64,000 bases of DNA from Hormiphora californensis (GCA_020137815.1 CM035355.1:868001-932000), one strand, 5' to 3'. Positions 44,001 to 64,000 are shown, counted from the stretch's first letter. Made by a program: numbers and translations. The notes: a model not told the origin generated them from the letters alone.

Positions 44001-47000
44001 AAGTAGAAACTCTTAGTAAGATGGAGTTCCCTGAAGATAGATCGAAGTTAGTCACGTGGTTAGGAGCTGTGAGTTACTACAGTAGATTCATTCGAGATCT
44101 AGCTACACTTGCTGAACCATTGAACGGATTACGAAGTAAAGAGACTCCCTGGGTAGTGAGAGATGAGCATAGAAGAGCATTTAAGTTAATCCAGAAACAG
44201 CTAATGTCTGATCAGGTATTAGTATTGTACAATCCTAAATTAGAATTGGTGCTGGATTGTGATGCATCTTGCTATGGTCTCGGAGCAGTGTTGTCCCAGA
44301 TAGAAGATGGAGTAGAACGCCCGGTCGAGTTCATTTCCAGGAAAATGACCACAGCAGAGCGTAACTATGCACAAATAGAGAGAGAGGCTCTTTCTATCGT
44401 GTGGGCGGTAAACAGGCTCCACCAATACTTGTATGCTCGTAACTTCACGTTAAGAACAGACCACAAACCGTTAGTAGTGCTGTTCGGACCGAAGAAAGAC
44501 GTGAAATTAACAGCACTGGGGAGGATCCAGAGATGGGGACTCATATTGGCCCAATACCGTTATAAGATTGAATTTCGAGGAACAGAGAAACATGCTAATG
44601 CGGATCTGTGTTCCCGGTTTCCTCTCGAGTACCAGGGAGAGTCTTGGACGGCGGGGTTACCCTCAGTTAGTGCAGTTAGTGAGGGGGAGCGTACTTTAGA
44701 TTTGAAGTGGGTTTCGACTGCCACACGAACAGATCCCGTGCTTAGTAAGGTAGTGAGATGGGTCCAGACAGGCTGGCCCATCCGAGAAGAGAGCAGTTTC
44801 AAAGATTTTAACTGTCGTAAGTTAGAGCTGACAGTGGAATCTGGATGTTTGATGTGGGGATCACGTGTAGTAATTCCAGAGAAGTTGAGATCTAAAGTGT
44901 TGAAGTTAATTCATGCTGTTCATATGGGACAGACAGCAATGAAGAGATTGGCCCGGGAGTACATCTGGTATCCAGGGTTAGATGGAGATATTGAGAAAGT
45001 GAGTGAGCAATGTGAGCAGTGTATTTTAACAAGAGATAAACCTGCACGAGCTACTCCTCATCCTTGGCATCCATCTAATCAACCCTGGGAGAGAATTCAC
45101 ATCGATTTTTGTCAATTTGAAGGCAGTGATTGGTTAGTTGTAGTAGACAGCTATACCAAATGGATAGAAGTATTCAAGATGGGAAGTACCACGTCGGAGA
45201 AAACAATTAGTGTGTTGAGAAGATTGTTTGCTACATTTGGTATTCCTGAGGTGATTGTGAGCGATAATGGATCACAGTTTACTTCACACGAGTTTGATCA
45301 GTTTACGGGCAGCAACCGTATTAAACATATTAGGTCCGCTCCTTATTCTCCAAAATCTAATGGGGCAGCTGAGGCAGCTGTGGGAACGTTTAAAGGTTGA
45401 CAAGATACCTAAAACTTTTCGTATATCGTCTTATTTTGATTTATCATTAATTTTCAGCATTTTTTCAGAATTTTTTGTCGGCTAGAAAAAAATTCGAAAT
45501 AGGGGGTCTACCGATATTGTCAGCACTGGTTTTACTGGGCACACTCACTGCGTCTCGCAAATTGAAATTCACGTTTCCGGTTCCTCAAAAGATAAAGACT
45601 TGATCTTGGTTGCGTTGGATTGGTCTCAATAAGACCTTTCCAACGCTACCAAAACGGTTTCTGTATCTCATCAGGAACCGGAGATATTACGTTATCAATT
45701 TTAAAAAAGGCACACTCATTTGTCAGTAGACCCCCTATTTTGCACATATTTCTAGCCGACAAAAAATTCTGAAAAAATGCTGAAAATTAATGATAAATCA
45801 AAATAAGACGATATACGAAAAGTTTTAGGTATCTTGTCAACCTTTAAAAGGGCCATGAAGAAGGCATCTGATATTCCAATAGATTTGCGAGTATCCCAGT
45901 TTCTAATGTATCAGCACACCACCCCTGCGATAGCTACTCAGGTTGCACCTGCTGTGTCCATGTTCGGTAGAAGAACCCGGACACGTTTGTCATTCCTAAA
46001 CCCTCTAGATCAGCCCGCAAAAGCAAGTATTCTTTCCAGGCGTGATCTAGATATTGGCACTTCTGTGAAAGCCGATGTTAGGGGTAAGTGGGTTGCAGGA
46101 GTTGTGAGAGAGAAAGTGGGACTGGTTATGTATAAAGTAGAAATTGATGGGAGAATATCAATAAAGCATATTGACCAGTTAATAGCAACTTCACCTAAAT
46201 CTGAGATCATAGGAGAGGAGGGGGATGATGAGTGGGATGAGTTACCGGTTATTTCAACTAGTCCAGTTAACCATTCGAAAACACTGAGAAAGTCGAAAAG
46301 AGAAACAAAGCCAATCGAGAGATATCAAGCGGGATGATTTTAAAATGTTAAATTGACAATTTAAGAGTGTTTAGTTTTTTTAAACAGTTTACCAGGAATT
46401 TTATATTGTATTAGTGTGTTCCACACTGTGTGTTGTTTTTGAATGTAACCTATTATTTGTGTGTGACAAGGGTGGCACATTTTAACAGAGTAGTAACGCG
46501 CGGCCAGCCCCAGTGCAAAGATTGTGCTAATTTGCGAATTTAGTTAGCAGCAAAAAATTAGTAAATAAACACCTAAAAGTAGCAAAAATTCGCTGTACAG
46601 CAAAAACTAGACATCGTGGAGTGAAATAGATACGTGCATCGTGTTCAGCGTCGAAAAATAGGTCGGGGTACGAAATTTGGTATCTCTACCTCATCTCAGT
46701 CGCGAAATTCGTATTTTGCTAATGCTGCCTAATCTAGCAGCAGCAGAAGAGGCAGCAGATGAAGTGTAGCTATGACAACCATGCTGCCATGCCGCGCGCA
46801 CATATAAGAACGGATTAAATTCGATCCTTGCATCAGCCTCAGTGGTCGAGTGGTTAAGGCGATTGACCATGAAACCAGAAGCGAGCACCTGTGTGGGTTC
46901 AAATCCCGATAAATCTTATTTTTTTAAAACATTTTCCTCGTTTATGCAAAATAATTTAAACATTTTTTCTCTAATGCTGACCTCAAAAACATAGTTGTTA

Positions 47001-49678
47001 AACACAATTAATGTTATTGAGGTGACCTTCAAAATTTGGTGGGAGCAAATTTTCGATAAAATTTTTAGATTCGCAGCATTTTTTAAGATCTTTGCACTGG
47101 GCGGCCAGCTCACAGGAGGTGAGAGGATGTTAGAGTCAGCACGCGCGGCTTCTAACTTTCATAGTTGCAAGAGGCCGCGCGCGCTAGCAGAGCGAGATTT
47201 ATTTATTCGAGTCGATTCAATGTGTCCGACGTTTTCATATATTTCAAGAGTTCCAAAACAACAAATCAAAGCATGTGTTAGCTGTCAACAAAATCAAAGT
47301 TATCACCAATCAAAGTTATCATAGATCCTAGTTAATCAGTTCTCTCCAATTAGCCAAGGTAGAACAGACCTACGGGAGAAAACAGGGTTTGCAGCGCTCA
47401 GCTTATTGGACATGGATTTTGAGAGGGCAAACGCGTTGTTTGAGGAGGTGGACTGGGACCTCCTGCACCTCCTCTGTTCTGAAGGTTGCAGTGATTTTTT
47501 GGAACTGATGAGGCTTACAGTTCTACAGATATCCACTATGTGTGCCCCACCTAAACGGGTTGGCAAGAAGTGGAGAGATAAGAAGTTGAGACACCTGCGG
47601 AGCCGGCGGAGGAAACTCAACCGGCGGATGGTCAGGGCATCTGGTAAGCTGAAACAGCGGCTGGAGGAAAAGGTTGACAGAATAACGATGGACATTAAAG
47701 ATCACGTGAAAGATCTACAGCAAGCTAGAGAAGAAAAAGTTGCAGCGGCGGTTAAGTTGAACCCTAAGTACTTCTTCACCCACGCCAAATCCTTCTCCAA
47801 GGTGAAGTCCTCGGTCTCTCCACTCGCGAGGGAAGATGGTTCTCTTACAACAGATTCTAGGGAAAAGGCAGACCTGCTGCAGCGGTTGGTGACGCGGTCA
47901 CCCCTCCACTAGGGCCGCGCGAAGCGCGGCAACGAAGCTCGCGAATAGGGGAATGTCATCACCAACTGCAGCGGCAATACGTGAAGGTCTTCAGTAACCC
48001 AGCGGATGTGGATCCAGAGAAGGCAATCGAGAACATTCCTGAGAACAATGTGGAAATCTTGGATATAGAGTTTTTCCAGGAGGATATTGAAAAGGCATTA
48101 AAGGAGCTTAAACCCAACTCAGCAGCCCCACCGGGAGATATTCCAGCTGTCATTCTAAAAAGCTGTTGCAGCAGATTAGCGTACCCGATTTGGCTTCTCT
48201 GGAAGGAGTCTTTCAATACAAGTACCATACCAGCAGCAATGAAAGAACAGTTTATCTGTCCAATCTTTAAGAAAGGGGATCGCTCGCTGCCTGAGAATTA
48301 CCGACCGGTGGCTATCACGTCACATATCTCCAAAACATTTGAGAGGGTGCTGCGAGACCACCTGACGAACTTCTTGGAGAGAGCAGAGCTTCATTGCGAT
48401 AGGCAGCACGGCTTTCGAAAGGGGCGAAGTACGATGACTCATCTCCTCGCCCATATAGATAGAGTATTAAAACAACTCACTGAAGGGAATGAAGTGGACG
48501 TTTTGTATCTGGACTTTCAAAAGGCGTTTGATAGAGTTGATACACGTGTCTTACTCAAAAAGCTTCATCGTTATGGTGTCCGCGGCAAACTGTTGGCTTG
48601 GATAAAGGAGTTCCTCATCAACCGGAAGCAGACGGTACTTGTGGACGGGGAGCAATCATTTTGGGAACTCGTGGTCAGTAGTGTAATCCAGGGCAGCGTA
48701 CTGGGGCCAGTCCTTTTCATATTTTATGTACTCGACCTGAAAGAATGCCTCTCAAGTGCAGACTCGATGTCTTTTGCCGATGACACTAAGCTGATCCAGG
48801 CTATCCAGACCCTTCTTGACCAAGTGGAACTTCAAGAGGACATCAAAAATGTTAGTCAGTGGTCGTCCAATAACAACATGAGGCTTCACGAGAAGAAGTT
48901 TCAGCTAATGATATACCCCCTAGGCAAGTCCCAGTTGCTTAGGGAGCTACCTTTCACGTCTGAAACCCTGAGCTATGTTACGGAAGCAGGTACGACTGTG
49001 GAACCTGAACAGCACGTAAAGGACCTCGGTGTATGGTTGTCGGCGGATGGTACATGGACTTATCACATCAATGACATCGTTAGGAGGGCCAACCGGATTG
49101 CGGGATGGATTCTGAGCGTGTTCAGATGTAGATCTCAGGAGGTATTACTGACTCTATACAAGGCCTTGGTTCGTCCCATTCTAGAGTACTGCTGCTTGGT
49201 TTGGTCACCGTCCAAGGTAGCTGACATCCAGGCGCTGGAGAACGTTCAGCGAGCTTTCTTAAGAAAGATCTATGGGATGAATGAGCTGACCTACTGGGAG
49301 CGGTTGGAGACTCTGAAAATCATGTCCCTTCAGAGGCGACGCCAGAGGTACGAGCTTATACATGTCTGGAAAATCTATCATGGACTAGTACCTAACTGTG
49401 TAGGAATGGAATTCCAGACAGGCCGCTTGGGGATACAAGTCAAAACGCAGAAGTATCCTTATTGGGCTGATAGGAGGCGAGCTACCCAGCTGTTCAACTC
49501 GTTCAGTTACAGGGCTCCTCAGTTGTGGAATAAACTGCCCCGAGAGGTGACCCTTTGTGAAACATTGGCAGGGTTTAAGGCTAGCCTGGGCTCTTTCATG
49601 AAGGAGTACAAGGACAGGCCTCCAGTGAGAGGGTACCCCACGGTCCCGAATGACTTCAGTCAGGCGGCGAAATCTTAG
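40982..49678 (+). CDS. LINE ORF2p (AP endonuclease + reverse transcriptase), split: 40982-41730, 47372-47885, 47975-49678 (989 codons rejoined)
   Basis: APE motifs LLNARS, ITETW, GGGCALY, GDFN, LDLVF, SDH. RT motifs YRPVA, QHGF, LDFQKAFD, QGSVLGP, FADD, KDLGV, RPILEY..VWSP. Junctions read ERDL|REKTG and DLLQR|QYVKVF. Confidence 0.95.
41972..46337 (+). CDS. Gypsy gag-pol single ORF (1303 aa when 41972-45393 and 45848-46337 are joined): Gag with 2 CCHC knuckles, protease, RT, RNase H, integrase
   Basis: CQKC..RGH....C and CHNC..TGH....C; VDTGA; WASP, LPFG, RVDD; DAS, ERE, TDHKPL; HAVH..CEQC, HIDF, SDNG, SNGAAE. Junction reads GTFK|RAMKK. Confidence 0.97.
41973..41987 (+). promoter_or_regulatory. 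Primer-binding site, tRNA-Ser(GCU)-type
   Basis: TGGCGACGAAGATGG is 14/15 complementary to the 3' end (...CCATCCTCGTCGCCA) of animal tRNA-Ser(GCU) as I recall it. Confidence 0.8.
45394..45843. mobile_element. 450-bp Kolobok-type MITE (AGG...CCT termini, TTAA TSD) inserted in the Gypsy integrase
   Basis: ~120-bp TIRs; TTAA at 45390-45393 and 45844-45847; removal restores the integrase frame. Confidence 0.93.
46509..47101. mobile_element. 593-bp non-autonomous TIR element (CCCAGTGCAAAGAT ends, 8-bp TSD CGGCCAGC; hAT-like TSD length) in the Gypsy 3' UTR
   Basis: Perfect 14-bp TIRs; CGGCCAGC at 46501-46508 and 47102-47109. Confidence 0.9.
46836..46925 (+). pseudogene. tRNA-Ser-derived sequence with A box, B box and T7 terminator; lacks the 3' acceptor strand
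   Basis: GTGGTCGAGTGGTTAAGGCGATTGAC ... GTGGGTTCAAATCCC, then TTTTTTT at 46919-46925; nothing complements the 5' acceptor strand. Confidence 0.8.
47886..47965. mobile_element. 80-bp micro-MITE (TTGGTGA...TCACCAA), 9-bp TSD CTGCAGCGG, Mutator-like
   Basis: TSD at 47877-47885 and 47966-47974; removal restores LINE ORF2. Confidence 0.93.
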
Positions 49679-50485
49679 CTGTGTCTGATTTTGCTGTGTG
49701 TGATTTTGCTGTGTGTGATTTTGCTGATGACTGACCACCAGTCAGACGGGGCGATTCGATTTTGATATTTTGAGTTAAGACTTGACAAGGAGGACCCACT
49801 CGCTGGGAAATCCGCACGCGTTTAGATTGTGTAAATTTAATTTGATTTGATTTGATTTGATTTTATCTTTGGATCGAGGGAACGACTTCGCTGGGATTAT
49901 GGGCTATGGTCAAAAAAGGTAACGGCCTCTCCGGGCCTGTGGACCCCGAGCTGGCTGCCGCTGCTGCACCGGCGCCACTCTCAAGACATTCCGGTGCTCA
50001 GAACCGGTCCCCTAGAAATAATTTGCATCGTGGCCTCTGCCAGTGTGAGATAATGCAGGCTTCAGCCTTAGGCACTTTTCTTGGCATACGTTGCAGGCCC
50101 CTTATAATATAATATAAGGGGCCTGGAGGGAATACCGCGCTGGGGGGGAATACATAATCAATCATATCTCCGGTTCCAGATAAGGTACAGAAATCGTTTT
50201 GGTAGCGTTGGAAAGAGGAAGATAACAGCTTTCAAATGCAACCGGTTTCAGGTCTCTATTTTATTAGGAACAGGAGATATGAACCAAACTCCGCAAAATC
50301 GAGTGCGGTAAAATAAAAAAATTCGAGATTTTAATTCAAATTTGAAACCAAGTGTCCCTGCAGGAATCTGTGACGTCACTTTTTGAAAACAACCCATCTT
50401 TGAACGGTTATTGCTCAGCCTCCTGAAGTCCAATTAACTCCTCTCAAAACAGCAAGGTAGATAATTGTCAGATCTAAGAGCTAGT

Positions 50486-51456
50486 ACGGTGGCAGATTCC
50501 GGCCAAGTGTTTTTTTAGTCAAGTGAAATATTTTTGCTTGAAGTTTTATAAAAATTTTATTTCAAAATAAAAATAAACATGTCCTTAAAATTATTGGCCG
50601 GAATCTACCACGCGGGTGGCAGATTCCGGCCAAGATTCTCAAAAAACCTTAGCCAGAATCTGCCACACACGTGGCAGATTCTGGCCAACCAACTAAAACT
50701 TGTTTATATCAAAGCGAAAACCACTGTACCCGACTAATTTTGATACGCTGAATCACGTAAGATACCTTTCCAATCCCTCAGAGGTCGGAAAAGTGTCATA
50801 ATTGACCATAATTGGGTCTAATTGATCCCACTTACAACTTTTTACCTTAAAACGATAGACGCTTATGTGAAGGCACTTTTCCGACTAATTTTGATACGCT
50901 GAATCACGTAAGCAACTTTTCCAAGTCCTCAGAGATCGGCAAAGTGCCCTAATTGAGCAATTAAGGCTAATTAGACCCAATTATACCCAATTAAGGCATT
51001 TTCCCGACCTCGGAGGACTTGGAAAAGTTGCTTACGTGATTCAGCGTATCAAAATTAGTCGGAAAAGTGCCTTCACATAAGCGTCTATCGTTTTAAGTAA
51101 AAAGTTGTAAGTGGGATCAATTAGACCCAATTATGGTCAATTATGACACTTTTCCGACCTCTGAGGGATTGGAAAAGTATCTTACGTGATTCAGCGTATC
51201 AAAATTAGTCGGGTACAGTGGTTTTCGCTTTGATATAAACAAGTTTTAGTTGGTTGGCCAGAATCTGCCACGTGTGTGGTAGATTCTGGCCAAGGTTTTT
51301 TGAGAATCTTGGCCGGAATCTGCCACCCGCGTGGCAGATTCCGGCCAATAATTTTAAGGACATGTTTATTTTTATTTTGAAATAAAATTTTTATAAAACT
51401 TCAAGCAAAAATATTTCACTTGACTAAAAAAACACTTGGCCGGAATCTGCCACCGT
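50486..51456. mobile_element. 971-bp foldback/MULE-type palindromic element, 9-bp TSD AGAGCTAGT
   Basis: ~470-bp near-perfect inverted arms with internal GGCAGATTCCGGCC subrepeats; TSD at 50477-50485 and 51457-51465. Confidence 0.95.
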
Positions 51457-51667
51457 AGAGCTAGTGAAAGAATCAAGTCAAACGGACTTCAGGGGCCAAA
51501 GTTATAAATGTATGTAATGTAAATGTAATATATGCATTTAATATACCACTTTCTAGTGTAAATAACGGTGTCCGTATTGATAGCCAACGCTATACGAACA
51601 CACACACTTCCTAAAGTGGTTATAAGACCAAAACACACGAACGTTCTACGTAAACATACGAAACGAG

Positions 51668-52630
51668 TTAGTAACCCATTTTAATGATCCCGTTTTGAAT
51701 GTAATATTTCCCATTTGGATCTTCCAGTCTAAGCCTCTTTACGGTTTCTACTAGTTGTTTTCGTTCCTTTTGTTGAACAGGAGTTAGATCCGGTGAGAAA
51801 AATACAGATGAAAAGTTTTCCGACTGTTTCAAGAGTTTTGCTTTCCTAAGAAGTGCTAACAGAGATTCTCTGCTCTCCAGAGAGATAACCAGTGGTCTCG
51901 TTTTGGAACTTGAATCCAGTTTTTGGCCGACTCGTTTCATCGATTTAGTAACAGGTTTCTCATTTAACTCTTCGAATAGTTCTTTCACTGAGATTGAATC
52001 AACTCGGGTCGTAGACTCAGGTAAACCAAACACCACGAGGTTTTTAGCTCTATCAGGCTCCACCACTGCATTGCTAGACGCTGAGATCCGAGGGGTTGCT
52101 GCATTTTTCACTACCTTAGGGGTGATCACAGAGCAGTTTTGACTCAAAACGGTAGAATATGCTTTCATTTTAGCAACAGAACTGGACGCAGACTCGAGAT
52201 GGCGGTCTTGTAGAGCGATAATCTTCTTCTGCAGGTCAATTACAGAGATCCGATGCTTATCAAGTTCCTCCTTGCATTTCTGCATGCGCAGTTCAGCTTC
52301 TTTCACTTTACACTCCATGACATGATGAGAATTCATATACCGATTTGCAACACGTATACTGCTAACAATAGTCCTGCTACTCAGATTAATAACCTCCTCA
52401 ATGCTACAGTTTTTGAACGCATTCCTTAACATTCTATCATGATTGTCGATTTGGGCGTCACTGAACCTCTTGATTTTAGCATGATCAATGTCCCAATCTT
52501 GAGGGTTGGGATTAGCTTCCATTTCTTTCCGGCAGGCAGGGTTGAAGATCATTGAAAGATGAAGAGCCCATGGTGCGATTGAGTCATCATTTATCATAGG
52601 GCTATCACCCTTCTCCTCTGTCGTTGTCAT
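51668..52630 (-). CDS. LINE ORF1p-like protein (320 aa): coiled coil + RRM/CTD of L1/CR1/L2 ORF1 type
   Basis: Intact, intronless ORF with DRAKNLVVFGLPE, RVGQK...RPLVISL, LLRKAKLLK, VFFSPDLT...ERK.L motifs typical of ORF1p. Confidence 0.9.
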   Translation of the reverse strand: MTTTEEKGDSPMINDDSIAPWALHLSMIFNPACRKEMEANPNPQDWDIDHAKIKRFSDAQIDNHDRMLRNAFKNCSIEEVINLSSRTIVSSIRVANRYMNSHHVMECKVKEAELRMQKCKEELDKHRISVIDLQKKIIALQDRHLESASSSVAKMKAYSTVLSQNCSVITPKVVKNAATPRISASSNAVVEPDRAKNLVVFGLPESTTRVDSISVKELFEELNEKPVTKSMKRVGQKLDSSSKTRPLVISLESRESLLALLRKAKLLKQSENFSSVFFSPDLTPVQQKERKQLVETVKRLRLEDPNGKYYIQNGIIKMGY

Positions 52631-52650
52631 TTCTACACCTAGAGGCCGAG

Positions 52651-52718
52651 TTGGCCTATGCTACAGGCCCTAGAAGCCGTGGAAAACGCGCGCACTTGGG
52701 GTCTGCAGCGCATGCCAA
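52651..52718. mobile_element. 68-bp micro-MITE (TTGGC...GCCAA), 9-bp TSD GAGGCCGAG
   Basis: TSD at 52642-52650 and 52719-52727; TIR resembles that of 50081-52846. Confidence 0.9.
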
Positions 52719-53339
52719 GAGGCCGAGCAAAGTTATCTTCGACCCAGCCAGGCCCGTCCTGAGCTCAGGCCAAACGCGCGCGCGGCATTCCCTTCAGTCC
52801 CCTCGTTGCGGGGGTGCGCGCATGAGGGGGCTGCAGCGCATTCCAAGCACTTTTCAAACGACTTTTGAGCGCTTTTCAAGAATTTTGAAATCGACGAAAG
52901 AAAAAGTTTGATGTATTATTTTTCAAAAGATTTTGGTACTGTGCGCGCTGTTAATTCAAATTAATTCGCGCGTTACGTTTATGTTGGTTTTATGCAGCGT
53001 AGTATTAAGCACGTGCGGCGCGCGTGAATATATTTTTCCAAAAACAGGTTGCAAAAAGCCACCGTGCCGTCCCAGTTTTTTGTTTCTTGTAAGATTTTGT
53101 GATCTGTCGGCTCTCCTGCGACCTGCTGTGAGCTGTCTGCGGATTCCATGAGTTAGGACTCAATTAGGAATTCTTGGATTTCATATTCATATTCTAATTA
53201 ATAATACCGCCATTATCCGTAACGTCCTCCGGGTACCGATCTCAAAGCATTTCTTGTTGGACTTGGACGCTATAAACCCTGGTGGTATCTTTCCTTTATA
53301 TAATTATCATAAATTTAATAATAATTTTCCCACTAGGAC

Positions 53340-63682
<10,343 letters not shown>

Positions 63683-64000
63683 TTGTTATTAGAGTTTTCT
63701 AGACCGATAGTATAGAGAGTTATTTATAGTATATGTGAGTGAGTTATAAATTGGTCTTTATGTGTATAATAGCACATATTGCATGGTGTATCACAGACTA
63801 TTATAACATTCCCACACGATTGATGTGACTGTATGAGTTATAAAGAGATAAAGTACTCCCCAAACTACTATGTCCCTCTCTCGGGTTTTGTGAAATTTCC
63901 CACGGTCATAATTCCACTGGGGGGGGGGGGTTATCATGGTGACAAATGGTGACAGATGGTGACAAATGGTGACTCATCTGACCATTTAGAGTATGTCACC

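Larger units (their letters stand above)
41731..47366 (+). mobile_element. Gypsy (Mag-like) LTR retrotransposon with identical 239-bp LTRs (41731-41969, 47128-47366) and 5-bp TSD GACCT
   Basis: TG...CA LTRs identical by eye; GACCT at 41726-41730 and 47367-47371; PBS right after the 5' LTR; PPT AGGAGGTGAGAGGA at 47114-47127. Confidence 0.98.
39839..49863 (+). mobile_element. Full-length CR1-group non-LTR retrotransposon (LINE), interrupted by a Gypsy element and an 80-bp MITE
   Basis: ORF1 plus APE-RT ORF2; 3' UTR with a 15-bp triplicate and an (ATTTG)n tail at ~49838-49863. ORF2 frame is restored exactly after removing the insertions and one TSD copy each. Confidence 0.95.
51506..52727 (-). 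mobile_element. ORF1-only non-autonomous non-LTR retroelement (~1145 bp net), 9-bp TSD CAAAGTTAT, (TTACAT)n-like tail
   Basis: CAAAGTTAT at 51497-51505 and 52728-52736. On the minus strand it ends TTACATTTACATTACATACATTT ~160 nt after the stop. No ORF2. Confidence 0.85.
50081..52846. mobile_element. Non-autonomous TTGG...CCAA element with 9-bp TSD GCACTTTTC (Mutator-like; ~555 bp net of nested insertions)
   Basis: TSD at 50072-50080 and 52847-52855; 24-bp TIRs match at 19/24 (TTGGCATACGTTGCAGGCCCCTTA vs TTGGAATGCGCTGCAGCCCCCTCA). Confidence 0.85.

Noticed and set aside
46836-46910. Functional tRNA gene
   Set aside because: The acceptor stem cannot form and the anticodon arm is degenerate.
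49720-49760. Hammerhead-like CTGATGA followed by a stem (CTGAC/GTCAG) in the LINE 3' UTR
   Set aside because: The required GAAA after stem II is missing; treated as an ordinary 3' stem-loop.
50094-50125. 13-6-13 palindrome CAGGCCCCTTATA-ATATAA-TATAAGGGGCCTG resembling a loxP/Crypton tyrosine-recombinase site
   Set aside because: Its left arm is part of the TIR of the 50081-52846 element, so a subterminal inverted repeat explains it; there is no recombinase gene or second site in the window.

Overview
Intron-rich animal genomic DNA, probably from a cydippid ctenophore (Pleurobrachia-like). That assignment is an inference from a spliced-leader-like 39-mer and two short repeats I recall from that lineage. 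The window is rich in (AG/CT)n microsatellites and has one 100-N gap and several error-prone stretches. Four host genes can be assembled from GT-AG exons: (1) the 3' part of a CCT-domain (WNK/NRBP-like) gene, +, ending at 7251; (2) a CXorf65/C22orf15-family gene, -, 9939-11503; (3) a DOK/IRS-type PH+PTB docking protein with YxxM motifs and candidate alternative first exons, -, 13716-17542, possibly to 29802; (4) the centriole factor STIL, +, 53340-63682. A young, deeply nested transposon island lies between 37 and 53 kb. It holds a full-length CR1-group LINE interrupted by an 80-bp MITE and by a Gypsy/Mag LTR element with identical LTRs, which was itself hit by a Kolobok-type MITE and a tRNA-carrying TIR element. 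A 9-bp-TSD element follows, holding a foldback MITE and an ORF1-only retroelement. Top candidate for a new system: the LINE begins with what looks like the ctenophore spliced-leader exon, 10 nt before the ORF1 ATG. This suggests a promoterless LINE whose 5' end is defined, and regenerated each cycle, by SL trans-splicing. It also shows a canonical-looking -1 frameshift signal joining ORF1 to an ATG-less ORF2.
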